This document shows positions 16,812 through 27,187 of a DNA stretch of 64,000 nt, piece after piece. The number at the start of each line of letters is the position of its first letter. Position 1 is the stretch's first letter. The DNA is from an uncultured virus (IMG/VR IMGVR_UViG_3300010352_001897). Its lineage: Duplodnaviria > Heunggongvirae > Uroviricota > Caudoviricetes. Location: the IMG/VR virus record IMGVR_UViG_3300010352_001897; one strand, written 5' to 3'. The position numbers and the translations under genes were made by a program. Below the pieces are notes generated by a model that had not been told where the DNA came from, did not search any database, and was given only the letters and a program-made list of their open reading frames with translations.

Positions 16812-19100
16812 ATGGCTGATTTTTCAAAAACCACACCAACTTACACTAGGACTGAACTAGATTATTCAAAGATTTCATTTGATGAAGTTGTATCTGATAT
16901 TGGTAGAATAGTTAATTTAGGGTCTAACAATTTACAGGATTTCTTTAGGTCATCCACCGGAAGACGTTTGGCTGAAATGTTTGCGGCCACCTTAAACGTA
17001 AACTGGAAATATCTTGAAACTGCGTTCCTGGAAAGTTTTTTAACTTCAGCACAAAATTATAGCTCAATCATTGCAGGATCTAGCTCACTTGGCTACTCAA
17101 TTAGACGCCCGGTGTCCTCAAAAACCACATTTAGGGTTGAGGTTGGTGGATCGGTTGGAACATACAATGGTAAATTCACCATTCCGAAGTTTTCCAATTT
17201 CGATTTTAATGGCTTGAATTTCATATCACTTGATGAATATAATTTTTCATGGGACTATCTAGGTAACGTTACAGGTCCTTCTGAAGGAGCAACAATCATA
17301 CAAGGCCAATTCTTAGTTAGAAGATTTATGGCCAATGATAAGAAAAAGTTCCAAAGATTTAGCTTTAATGATCCTACTTTTTCTGACTATTTTGGGCAAA
17401 ATGATCCGCTAATTAATGACCCTAACCTTTTAAATAGAATCACCTCGGTCACCGTATCTGGAGTACCTTGGGAGATTGATAGAAGAACGTTGTACTCTCC
17501 AACTACAGACAATACTCCTACTGTTTCTAATGGAGTATTGATTGAGAGTACTAATAAAAGAGTATTACTTAGAACTGGAAATGATGGAAATATTGAGCTA
17601 ATTTTTGGCGATGGGATTATTTCTGAAATACCTAGAGGTATTGTTGAAATTAGATACCTTTCAACTAAGGGATCTGCAGGAAACGTAATGAATGCCCAGG
17701 ACGTTGAAATTACTTTCAATGGACCTGAGCCTATTAACTTTATTCCTGCGAGCATTTCTAATGATAATCTTGACATCTATATGAATAACAGTCCTCTCGG
17801 CGGAGATGACATTGAAAGTGCAGAATCTATTAAGTTAAATGCACCTCAGATATATGCCTCACTGGATCGCCTAACCACCAATGATGACTATAGGGCCGGA
17901 CTTTCAACAATGCCAAATGTGAAATACGCAATTGCATACGGCGAAGATAGTTTAGCCCCAGGAGATTATAGATATTCAAACATTATTCAATATTCAGTGC
18001 TAAAAAACATATACATTTCAGATATAAATTCAAGTCAACTAGTTCCAGCAACTCCTGCCCAATATGTCTTTAGTGGAATTAAAACCGTCGATATTGTAAG
18101 AATGATGCAAGATAATTCAGGATGGCCTGTTGATGAATTGTCATCTCAATTTGAATTATCGTATTTGAATAATAACATTGACGACATTGAGAAATATAAT
18201 TCATATGTAACTAACTACGGAACTATCTTTAGATTATCAAAACAAGATCTTGAGCAAGGGTCTGAATTAGCCACAATAAGTAGTGAACTTAGGCGTAAGA
18301 GTCAGTTGACTTGTAGGCATATATACATTCCACCTAAGGTACATAAGTTCAGAATGAAGGTGGAAATATATACCACCCCTATAGTGTCAAAGTCTGAATT
18401 AAAGACTAAGATCGCAAATGAGTCATATCAATATCTTAAAGAGAATACTAGATTCAATTTCCCAATTTATGGGTCTAAAATTATTAAACTAATTGAATCA
18501 AAAACAGGTGTTGTAGGGACACACGTATCTTTTGTTCCCGATGATGAAATTCCAAATGACTCAGTGTTCATCGACATATTAACTTCTGAAAGCATTGCGA
18601 TTTTTTATAATGACCTAGTGCCAACGCTGAAACATATTCAGACTACTCTGTACAATAATACATTAAACACTAAACTATATCCAAAATTTAATGAAGATTT
18701 TGGCGAATATATGTCTTTGTTGTATAATAAATTCTGTAAGTTAAGCAATACTACATTTGAAATTACAAAAATGAATGAGAGAAATATATCAGCATTCCTA
18801 GATACCATTTACAGATATACTCTTGGAAACCTAATATTGAACCCTCTCATATATGGAACTCCAGCAAATCTAACTGCAATAATTAATAACAGTCAATTCA
18901 ACAATCCTAGTACTGGAGAAAATGTGTTTGATATCTTCGTAAGATGGGCGGCACAGTTCAGATTGGATACTAATTATTATTCAGCTAAGGCGCTAATAAC
19001 CCCTGAAGGGGATATTGGTAACTTTTCTATTCCACATGAGATTGCCCAAATTCATATTGATAGTACCAATGACATAACTGTCACCGGAAAAACATATTAA
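16812..19100 (+). CDS. gp6: Baseplate wedge subunit
   Basis: ESFLTSAQ...LGYSIRR, LIFGDGIISEIP, YLSTKGSAGN, GGDDIESAESIKLNAP, RLTTNDDY. Confidence 0.92.
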   Translation: MADFSKTTPTYTRTELDYSKISFDEVVSDIGRIVNLGSNNLQDFFRSSTGRRLAEMFAATLNVNWKYLETAFLESFLTSAQNYSSIIAGSSSLGYSIRRPVSSKTTFRVEVGGSVGTYNGKFTIPKFSNFDFNGLNFISLDEYNFSWDYLGNVTGPSEGATIIQGQFLVRRFMANDKKKFQRFSFNDPTFSDYFGQNDPLINDPNLLNRITSVTVSGVPWEIDRRTLYSPTTDNTPTVSNGVLIESTNKRVLLRTGNDGNIELIFGDGIISEIPRGIVEIRYLSTKGSAGNVMNAQDVEITFNGPEPINFIPASISNDNLDIYMNNSPLGGDDIESAESIKLNAPQIYASLDRLTTNDDYRAGLSTMPNVKYAIAYGEDSLAPGDYRYSNIIQYSVLKNIYISDINSSQLVPATPAQYVFSGIKTVDIVRMMQDNSGWPVDELSSQFELSYLNNNIDDIEKYNSYVTNYGTIFRLSKQDLEQGSELATISSELRRKSQLTCRHIYIPPKVHKFRMKVEIYTTPIVSKSELKTKIANESYQYLKENTRFNFPIYGSKIIKLIESKTGVVGTHVSFVPDDEIPNDSVFIDILTSESIAIFYNDLVPTLKHIQTTLYNNTLNTKLYPKFNEDFGEYMSLLYNKFCKLSNTTFEITKMNERNISAFLDTIYRYTLGNLILNPLIYGTPANLTAIINNSQFNNPSTGENVFDIFVRWAAQFRLDTNYYSAKALITPEGDIGNFSIPHEIAQIHIDSTNDITVTGKTY

Positions 19101-21661
19101 ACACAACTAAACTTTAGATTTCCAATAGTAAATCCGCTAGCCGAATTTCCGACTAGTGAATTTACTGATATTTTTTGATAATCAATAGATGCAAGTGGAA
19201 TCATTGTCCATTCAGTTTCAATTGAATTGTTACTATTTGCTATCCTTAGCTTATAATAAAAAGATCCAGGAAGAGTAATTACTTGGTTAGTATTTGAGAC
19301 TACAGTTATTGCGCCGTCTCCAGGAATGTATTTCAGACTATATGTTACTTTTAAAGTATCTTGAGATGAAACTAACAATTCACCATATTTGTTGTAATTG
19401 TTAGTTTCGTATCTATTTCTCCTAATACCCAATGCATAAACTGAATAATCTATTCCAGAATATGTAGTAGATATTATTGGATGAGTTGCTAGTGAATATT
19501 TTCCAGTGTAGTTATTAAAATCATTAATTAGCGAGTCGAATGAAATTTCTAATATCCCAAGTCCGCTATTACCTAAAACTTCAAAAGTCAGGTTATAATT
19601 AGGATTCATTATTACGTTTCGAGTAATTGATGAATTTTCACTCATAAAGAGTGTATTGTTGCCAACAATAATATTTCCAACCATATCCCAAGGAGAACAA
19701 GCAAAAGAAAACGTAAATGTTTTAGTTGCCACAGCAGAATCATTAAAACCATTCATATGTGAAATTGCCTTAACAATTATGGTAGAATCTCCCCTATTAG
19801 GGAATATGTAATGATCTGCAACATATTTTGTTGAATATTTTGTAGGAGTCGTCCCATCCAAAGTATAATAGATATCTCCCCCTAAATTTGTGATTTCAAG
19901 AGCTAACCTATCAGAACTAATAGCATTACTTGTAACAATTGTTGGAGTAGAAAGAGTATTTGTTTTTACAATGTTCAACGGAAAGGTTATTACGTTACTT
20001 TTTAAATACTCACCATTATATGCAAAGAATTTTAAAGTACATGCGTCGTAAATATTATAAAATGATCCAGAATGTGCAACATAGCAGTTACCTGCAGAAA
20101 TATTTGGAACATCTCCATTTGTAGTGAAGTATATGTCAATTCCTTCAGGGCTAGTAAACTGAATGGTAGTATGGTCATCCAGACCATCTAATGTCAATAT
20201 GTCATATGATACTGAAGGATCTGCGGCCTTTTTGTATACTAGTATTGAGTATGTAATGTTTTCAGAATTCTTTGTCACATTTCCGGTATTTGCGGAATAT
20301 GCAGTAATTACATATGTACCGGGAGTTGTGATATTAATTGGAGTTGAATATGTTCCGCTCGCATATGCGCTCCCATTTTTCGTAATTGAATATTCTATTG
20401 TGGATGGATCTGAATTAATATCCAACATCCCTATCACTAAAGGATCAGTACTCAGACTAACTTCATGATCAACAGGTACGCTATTTACTGTAGGGAGAAT
20501 AATTGGTGAAATGTTCTTGGTTAAATATGCACCAAAATTTACATCAATTGTTGCTGAATCTGAAAATGTTGCAATAATTTCAGAAATATTCATAGTTGGA
20601 ATATCTGAGAAGTCTCTAGATCTAATAACAGGCTTTAATAAAGCCCCATTCGTGTTGATTGCGATTGGGTTTGTGGTATACTTATGTCCATTACATATTA
20701 CGATGAATGAAATTACTTGAATGTTTGATACCACCTTAACTGAAGATATTATTTTAAATGGATTGTTTGAATTAATTGAATATATGTTCTCTACAGTATT
20801 GTGCTCTTTTTTTGGATAAAATATTGCGTTTAATGCTCTATTATTGTTAATAAGTGTATTGTACGATATTAGTCTATTATCATATTTGAAGTTATCCAAA
20901 TATCTGCCATCATAACCTACATTTGACAAATTCAATGGCTTTATATCTTTAGACCCTGCATAGTTGAAACTTAGTTTATCTGTTTCGCCCACATATGGCA
21001 ATATTTCTACATCTTTATCATTGTAATATTTTCCATTTTTCTTATAAACAAGTGTTATTATTCTTTCATCTTCACTAAGCAAGGAAGATTGACATGTTGA
21101 ATCTATTGAATTTCCAATTCTACCGCCAATAGCCCCTCTATTAATTATTTCATCTAGGTAGCTCACTGGATTTCGTATTTTGGATTGATGAGGTGCTTTT
21201 AATAGTACAATTCCTATTTCAATATTGTCATTAGCGTATCCGAAAAAATCTTCCTGTCCTGTATACGAATCCCCTAATAGATCAGTAGAGATTTTTTCAA
21301 ATAAATCAAAACTTCTCATATAATAATTTGTAGCCCTAGAAAAGGAATCAATTGATATTTCAAATGAACTGAGGCCAGATACATTATCCAACATTGTCAT
21401 TGAACTAACACCTGGATTGGTGTATATTTTCCGCTGACCGTCACTTAGCTGATCAGTGGAAGGTTTAAATTCCAAATGATCATTTACAACAATTTTCTGA
21501 CCGAACACTGCAGGCGTTTCAATAAAGGCATCAGTTGATGTGGTTGCACCTTGGGCATTGAAATCAATTTTCCAATTTAAATTGCTTACGGTTTGGCTTG
21601 TTGCAATATCAAAATTGGTTAGTAATTCTGGTATGCTCTCAGTAATAGTTGTAGTTGGCAT
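19097..21661 (-). CDS. Structural protein with chitobiase/Fn3-like (CHB_HEX_C) repeats
   Basis: IYFTTNGDVP and IYYTLDGTTPT...Y motifs; TAAATA 6 nt upstream. Confidence 0.65.
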   Translation of the reverse strand: MPTTTITESIPELLTNFDIATSQTVSNLNWKIDFNAQGATTSTDAFIETPAVFGQKIVVNDHLEFKPSTDQLSDGQRKIYTNPGVSSMTMLDNVSGLSSFEISIDSFSRATNYYMRSFDLFEKISTDLLGDSYTGQEDFFGYANDNIEIGIVLLKAPHQSKIRNPVSYLDEIINRGAIGGRIGNSIDSTCQSSLLSEDERIITLVYKKNGKYYNDKDVEILPYVGETDKLSFNYAGSKDIKPLNLSNVGYDGRYLDNFKYDNRLISYNTLINNNRALNAIFYPKKEHNTVENIYSINSNNPFKIISSVKVVSNIQVISFIVICNGHKYTTNPIAINTNGALLKPVIRSRDFSDIPTMNISEIIATFSDSATIDVNFGAYLTKNISPIILPTVNSVPVDHEVSLSTDPLVIGMLDINSDPSTIEYSITKNGSAYASGTYSTPINITTPGTYVITAYSANTGNVTKNSENITYSILVYKKAADPSVSYDILTLDGLDDHTTIQFTSPEGIDIYFTTNGDVPNISAGNCYVAHSGSFYNIYDACTLKFFAYNGEYLKSNVITFPLNIVKTNTLSTPTIVTSNAISSDRLALEITNLGGDIYYTLDGTTPTKYSTKYVADHYIFPNRGDSTIIVKAISHMNGFNDSAVATKTFTFSFACSPWDMVGNIIVGNNTLFMSENSSITRNVIMNPNYNLTFEVLGNSGLGILEISFDSLINDFNNYTGKYSLATHPIISTTYSGIDYSVYALGIRRNRYETNNYNKYGELLVSSQDTLKVTYSLKYIPGDGAITVVSNTNQVITLPGSFYYKLRIANSNNSIETEWTMIPLASIDYQKISVNSLVGNSASGFTIGNLKFSCV

Positions 21662-21673
21662 TTAAAATATTTA

Positions 21674-23659
21674 TTATAGGATGCCGTCTAGATTATATCC
21701 GTATTTGACGTGAGCCATTTCGTTAGTGTATCTATTAACCCAAGCGAGGTCAATAACTAATTGCTTAGTCTCGTCCATGAAATACGCATATGAATTATTT
21801 GCATCAATTAAAATTCTAGGGTCATTAAATTCAATTTCAGTTTTAAGTTGACTAATTATCTGACTAGAATTAAAGTCTTCAAATACCTCAAACAAATTCC
21901 TAACAATACTAACACCAAAGGCCAAGTTAAAAGGAATGTCTCCAATTGGAGTAGAAAGAATGTTTATTAAAGCCTGATAGATTGCAGTATCATCAATAAT
22001 TATTGTAGGACCTATCCAACCAATGTCCATACTATAGGTTGGTATGTTTGATAGGGTATCCTGTCTAATTTGAGAATTTGTCTTTGAATTAGTTGCAGAC
22101 ATAAAGAATGACCCACCAATTAAGATGTTCTTTTCTGCTATTTTTGAATATCCATAATATTCGTCATTGATCACTGCAAGTACTTTACTATTTTTAGTAT
22201 AAAAAGGGCCTGAATATAGTATTCCTGATGTCATGGGATCTGAACCATCGGTAGTATAGTAGATTTTAGAGGCAGAAGGAATAGCTTTGACTATTTCTAC
22301 TTGAACACCGTTTCCACCCTGATCAGGATAGATTCCATCAATATTTGGAGTTCCTAATACGTTAATTGTTAGTATTTCGACGGGGTATCTTACCAACACT
22401 GTGCTATGAGACATTCCACTTTCGAAACATGTTTGATTTTTTGCTATCGCCTTAACTACATACAATCCGTCGTGAGGGATCTTATACGAACCTCCATTGT
22501 AGACAAATTGAGAGTTTGTAGTAGGTGAAGTATCATCTAATGTAAAATATATAATAGCGTCACTTACTGAGGATGTAAGGGTAATTGTATTCTGAATATC
22601 GTCAAATATTATTGTAGGATTTTCACATTTACAAGTCAACAACACTGTTTCTGAAGATATTTCGCTATCAACAAATCCTGGAGCAACAACATATGCAACA
22701 ATTGTGGAATGTCCGACTGACGATATTATGAGTGGAGAGGTGTATTCTGAATAAGAACCTCCATTAACACTATACATCACAATCCCTAGAATATTTGGGT
22801 TTGAAATGGTGACTGTTATGAAATCTTCATTTTGGTAGTTATTTGTGGATATTTCTGGAGATTCTAATTTCTTAATTGGCAATGCATCTATGTCATATAT
22901 TACGGAATCATTTATTATACAATTCCCAGATGCCATTATTGTGTTGGCAGATATTGAGCCGTTAATTGTTGCTCCATTTAAAGAAACTGTCGCCGTTGTA
23001 TATAGTACGTTAGCGTCTAATGTACCAACAATGTTAAAATTATTATTTTCAAAATTAAATATAATATTCTCTTCAGATAGATTATTTAAAAATGTGAAAT
23101 ATATGTTATTGAAATATATTGTATCTGAACCAATAAAATTCAATATAACCAATGATCCTTGTGGGAAATTAAATACGAAATTAGTACATGTTTGAAGATT
23201 TAAAATATCCTGCGAATCAAGGGTCAGTATATTAATTTCATTATTGCCTATAAATGTGTAAATGTTAGAACTAAAATTCTTTGTACTGTTATCTGTAAGT
23301 GTCCTTAAATATGAGGAGTAGCCTATTAATTGTTCATGCAATGAATCGAATTCGAAGGGATTTTGTTTTAATTTACTATTGAAATTATATATTGTAGGAT
23401 GTGGAGAATCTAGCGATGTTCCATAAATTACAGGTCCATTATATATTGACGTATTGAACAGTGTGCAAGTATTTCCAATAACAGAATATTCTTGATTATA
23501 CTGAGACATTTTCCCAATGATATTTGTTCCATTTCTAATGTTAATAGATTTGGCAACCAAATTTCTAGCAATTGTTAAATTGGTACTAGAAGTCTTCGTA
23601 AATGTATTACAAAATACCTGTAAAGTCTTTATAGTACTTAATGCTTCAGAAATTTTCAT
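21674..23659 (-). CDS. gp25: Baseplate wedge gp25 domain fused behind choice-of-anchor-A-like and CHB_HEX_C domains
   Basis: C-terminal AIYQALINILSTPIGDIPFNLAFG...EIEFNDPRI (gp25); IYFTLDDTSPT, IYYTTDGSDP; ENIIFNF...ATINGSISANT. Confidence 0.7.
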   Translation of the reverse strand: MKISEALSTIKTLQVFCNTFTKTSSTNLTIARNLVAKSINIRNGTNIIGKMSQYNQEYSVIGNTCTLFNTSIYNGPVIYGTSLDSPHPTIYNFNSKLKQNPFEFDSLHEQLIGYSSYLRTLTDNSTKNFSSNIYTFIGNNEINILTLDSQDILNLQTCTNFVFNFPQGSLVILNFIGSDTIYFNNIYFTFLNNLSEENIIFNFENNNFNIVGTLDANVLYTTATVSLNGATINGSISANTIMASGNCIINDSVIYDIDALPIKKLESPEISTNNYQNEDFITVTISNPNILGIVMYSVNGGSYSEYTSPLIISSVGHSTIVAYVVAPGFVDSEISSETVLLTCKCENPTIIFDDIQNTITLTSSVSDAIIYFTLDDTSPTTNSQFVYNGGSYKIPHDGLYVVKAIAKNQTCFESGMSHSTVLVRYPVEILTINVLGTPNIDGIYPDQGGNGVQVEIVKAIPSASKIYYTTDGSDPMTSGILYSGPFYTKNSKVLAVINDEYYGYSKIAEKNILIGGSFFMSATNSKTNSQIRQDTLSNIPTYSMDIGWIGPTIIIDDTAIYQALINILSTPIGDIPFNLAFGVSIVRNLFEVFEDFNSSQIISQLKTEIEFNDPRILIDANNSYAYFMDETKQLVIDLAWVNRYTNEMAHVKYGYNLDGIL

Positions 23660-23667
23660 GAAAATAT

Positions 23668-25551
23668 TTATCCATCATTGCACCTACCGTCCCAAGTATC
23701 TAATTGGATACAGCTAGTAGATACGGTAGTTCTAGTATATGCAGTCATGTGTAACTTAGGATTGTGTAGAAATATGTATCCAAAATTGGCAAGCATTGTC
23801 CCGTAAAAGCCTTGGAATACGGTGTTTATTGGTTTAGTTTTCTTGATTGCTCTGTTTAACAAACTAAACCCTAATTTTCCTCCGTCAAGATCTATTCTTT
23901 GCTTTAGTAGATCCAATTCAACTTTAAAGTGAGGAGAAGGGAACCAGTCATCTAATACTGAACTTGCAATTGAAGGGTTTGCAATTCTCTTGTTCATTAT
24001 TTCCTGAGCCCTAACATAGTCAGGCATGTTCTCATTATCGTATCCTTCAATCAACCTACTATCTACGAAGTCTGCATATCCTGCCTGAGTTGCGTTTCCT
24101 ATTGTGTATAGGTAAATAACCTTACCCACAATCCCAAAACTGAGCAATAGAGACTCTAAACCACTCTGTGTACATTTTATTCTATAGAATTCTGGTAGAT
24201 TTTTAATAATTGCTCTCATTGCATTTTCTTTTTCTTCCTGTGTAGTGTAATATTGATTATTTTCTATATCTTCACTCTGAATGTCAATATTATATCCCAT
24301 TTGAGCCGCAACAAATTGAATATATTCAAAATCTATTACGTTAGGGTCTTTATTATAGGCAATTCTGTGAATTTTTTCCAAAATAGACGATGACTTGTTA
24401 TCTACTCGGTATTTGTTTTGTTCGCTGAATGTATTATAAAAGATAACAGGGTCTTGCCATGCTTTAATTATTTTGAATTCTTTAGATAGTATTGGATAGT
24501 TACCGCTTGGTAGTTTTGTTACGAAGTCAGTATAGTTACTAAATCCTAGTAAGATAGTAATTGCTGAATCGGCATATGCAATGCTATCTAACATTGTAAA
24601 CAGTGAACCTGATCCAGAAATCTTAACTCTAAATCTATCAGTGCCTTGGTTCATTACTGCCAACGCAGATGCCTTATTGGCATATGTCCCACTAATATTT
24701 GATAAGTCAGTGTCGTGGTTGTAAATATCAACCTGTCCATTGAAGATAGGATAAAACTGAGATTCAATTGAGAACGAACCAGTGTATTTAAAATTATTTG
24801 CAAAATCAGTTAGTCCGCAGAAATATAGGTATATTTCAAAATTTCCAGTGTATGTTGGGAATTTTGCCTTAGCTTCACTAATTAATACGAATTGATTATT
24901 CAAATCTGAATTATTAGTAACGTAATTATCAAACGTAGCAATAAACACGTTAAATGGAGTTGTTATTGATTTTCCTTCATTTTCAGATATGAAATCATCT
25001 ACAGAAGTGTAGTACTTATATCTATCATAATAATATGAACCAATATAATCATAGCCGTATTGAGTAATATAATTAGTAAGTGTTTCTTCATCAGTAATAT
25101 ATGTAGCAATATCCCTGGACGCATCATATTCTTCAATATATTTGGTATTTTCAAGGTCCATTGAATTATTCTCTCGATCAATGGACATTTGAATATTGTG
25201 ATCAAATGGTTCTCTTCTGGAGAGTACTTCCTTATTTGTTGATAAACAAGTGTCTTTTATTGTATATGTGATCTTTTTTTCATAATGAGGTATTATCTTA
25301 TAGCCATTATTCAAATAATCCTGAAACATTAGAATTATTTCCATAATGTCCGGTCTGCGCTTTATATGTTCAGGCGTTATTGAATCCAGATCAATGTATC
25401 TTTCAAGTCCCTTACTTGTTGTAGGTTCAACTACAAATGGAAACTTATCTACAACTGTATCTGAAGTTGTAGTAATTGTCTGGTTGTCAGTCAAAACAGG
25501 AACTGTGACTGCAGAAGTATTGAATTTGCCTATATTTGAGATTGAAGTCAT
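23668..25551 (-). CDS. Baseplate wedge protein (gp7 / tail protein I-like); likely start MTSISNIGK at 25551
   Basis: YIQFVAAQMG, LPEFYRIKCTQSGLESLL, KTKPINTVF; the ORF-track extension to 25920 overlaps the divergent gene. Confidence 0.6.
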   Translation of the reverse strand: MTSISNIGKFNTSAVTVPVLTDNQTITTTSDTVVDKFPFVVEPTTSKGLERYIDLDSITPEHIKRRPDIMEIILMFQDYLNNGYKIIPHYEKKITYTIKDTCLSTNKEVLSRREPFDHNIQMSIDRENNSMDLENTKYIEEYDASRDIATYITDEETLTNYITQYGYDYIGSYYYDRYKYYTSVDDFISENEGKSITTPFNVFIATFDNYVTNNSDLNNQFVLISEAKAKFPTYTGNFEIYLYFCGLTDFANNFKYTGSFSIESQFYPIFNGQVDIYNHDTDLSNISGTYANKASALAVMNQGTDRFRVKISGSGSLFTMLDSIAYADSAITILLGFSNYTDFVTKLPSGNYPILSKEFKIIKAWQDPVIFYNTFSEQNKYRVDNKSSSILEKIHRIAYNKDPNVIDFEYIQFVAAQMGYNIDIQSEDIENNQYYTTQEEKENAMRAIIKNLPEFYRIKCTQSGLESLLLSFGIVGKVIYLYTIGNATQAGYADFVDSRLIEGYDNENMPDYVRAQEIMNKRIANPSIASSVLDDWFPSPHFKVELDLLKQRIDLDGGKLGFSLLNRAIKKTKPINTVFQGFYGTMLANFGYIFLHNPKLHMTAYTRTTVSTSCIQLDTWDGRCNDG

Positions 25552-25570
25552 AGTTCGGAAATACCCATTC

Positions 25571-25600
25571 CAAATATTTATTGTGGATCTGCAATAAATA
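25571..25600. promoter_or_regulatory. Back-to-back late promoters
   Basis: TATTTA at 25575-25580 (minus) and TAAATA at 25595-25600 (plus), in an imperfect palindrome between divergent genes. Confidence 0.7.
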
Positions 25601-25608
25601 AAACTAAG

Positions 25609-27159
25609 ATGAAATCCGCTATTACCAATATTGGTCGTCAGTTTGTAACAAATAATACCACAGGTGGAGCGTGGTTTTCTATTACCCATTTTGCACTGGC
25701 TTGGGTAAACGCCGAAGAAAGACTTACAAATCCACCTGCAGATACTGCTACTGAGCTTGTTATCACTCAGCCTAGTGGAAAAAATAATGGGGATTACATC
25801 TTTAATATTTGGCAAACTCCATTTACTTGGGACGCAACAGGTAGGCTCTTCGGTGTTGGTGATAGTAGACCTCAAGGCTATGGGATGTATTTTAGATACG
25901 ACTACGATGGCTGTGAGCAACGAAATAAATTAACAGTCTATCAGGCAGGGATGGAAGGGCTTCCTTCTGGAGCAAGGGTTAATGGCACTGTATATTATGG
26001 CGCTTCTGAGGCGGCATATAGTGCCTCTAGCGGAGCTTATAGTGGAGGATCTGGCAGTGACTTGACGTTAGTGAATATGCCAGCCCCATTAGTCTATAAC
26101 AATGACACTGCAGTCTATCCATATAACACAACAACTACAACCAAATATTTCCCAATTAAGGCATTTAGGGCTGTTGAAGCTACTGATGATACTATAAATG
26201 CAAAAGTTAGTTTAATGGATTACGTTTTAGAATTGCCAGCAATTACTTCAAATACTCAAGATGAATCATATACCCTACAAAATGCAATAGGTAATTTTAA
26301 ATTCAATAGAATTGGACTATATGTAACTAAGAGTTCATCACCTGACCCTATCCCTCAATTAATTACCTCATTAGTTCCAATGGCCGATACTGAGCCTGTG
26401 TTGTTTGCAATAATTGATTTGGCATCTGATGAAATATGTGGAGGTGAAATTCTCAACATATTTAAAACTAGAGACGATAGTGGACTGTCTGCATTTAGTT
26501 TTGATGCCCAGATCCCACTAACAACCATGATTTCAGAAGAAGCATTTGCTTCGGCGGTTTCTCTTTATAGAGATTCTGCGAGAGATGATGCTACCAATGC
26601 TTACTTAAATCAACTTGAATCTACCGCAAATACTGTGGAAGCAATAATGCAACTACAGATGCAAGTTATTCAATTATCTCAATATTTAAAAAATATTTCA
26701 GGAATCAATCCTCTTCAGTCTTCAGCTAGAGGGTTTAATTCATTATTGATGCTACAGCCAAATAATGAATATTCAATAACTAGCCAAAAAAACAATATTT
26801 ACTATCTTAAAGGGGACCTCATTAGAAGTATAGACCCTACCATAGTATCAACAGCTAATGAAATATTTACAATAAGTGCAAGTTCGTCCATTCCTGACGG
26901 AGAATCTATTAAAATAATTATTGATAATTTAGACGGTAGAATTTATTCATCAGGAACTTCAACAAATCCATATTGGACTGGAGCAATATATTTCACCAGC
27001 ATGAGTGGAAGTTCAAAGGTTAAGATTGGAGTGATTGATTATGTCACTCTTCGTGAATATTCCCACGCCAAAGTGTCTGTTGAGCTAATTTATAGTGCAG
27101 TCAGTGGAATATGGATCATATCTGAGATAAATGTTGTTGATGAAAGTTCCCTATACTAA
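25609..27159 (+). CDS. Tail collar / fibre-attachment protein (DUF3751-like N-terminus)
   Basis: AITNIGRQ...ITHFAL...GNFKFNRIGLY...VLFAI pattern. Confidence 0.6.
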   Translation: MKSAITNIGRQFVTNNTTGGAWFSITHFALAWVNAEERLTNPPADTATELVITQPSGKNNGDYIFNIWQTPFTWDATGRLFGVGDSRPQGYGMYFRYDYDGCEQRNKLTVYQAGMEGLPSGARVNGTVYYGASEAAYSASSGAYSGGSGSDLTLVNMPAPLVYNNDTAVYPYNTTTTTKYFPIKAFRAVEATDDTINAKVSLMDYVLELPAITSNTQDESYTLQNAIGNFKFNRIGLYVTKSSSPDPIPQLITSLVPMADTEPVLFAIIDLASDEICGGEILNIFKTRDDSGLSAFSFDAQIPLTTMISEEAFASAVSLYRDSARDDATNAYLNQLESTANTVEAIMQLQMQVIQLSQYLKNISGINPLQSSARGFNSLLMLQPNNEYSITSQKNNIYYLKGDLIRSIDPTIVSTANEIFTISASSSIPDGESIKIIIDNLDGRIYSSGTSTNPYWTGAIYFTSMSGSSKVKIGVIDYVTLREYSHAKVSVELIYSAVSGIWIISEINVVDESSLY

Positions 27160-27187
27160 TTGATTTCATATTTTATAAATATATTTC

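Noticed and set aside
25552..25920. N-terminal extension of the 750-aa ORF 23668..25920
   Set aside because: Overlaps the divergent 25609 gene and crosses the promoter pair; real start is more likely 25551
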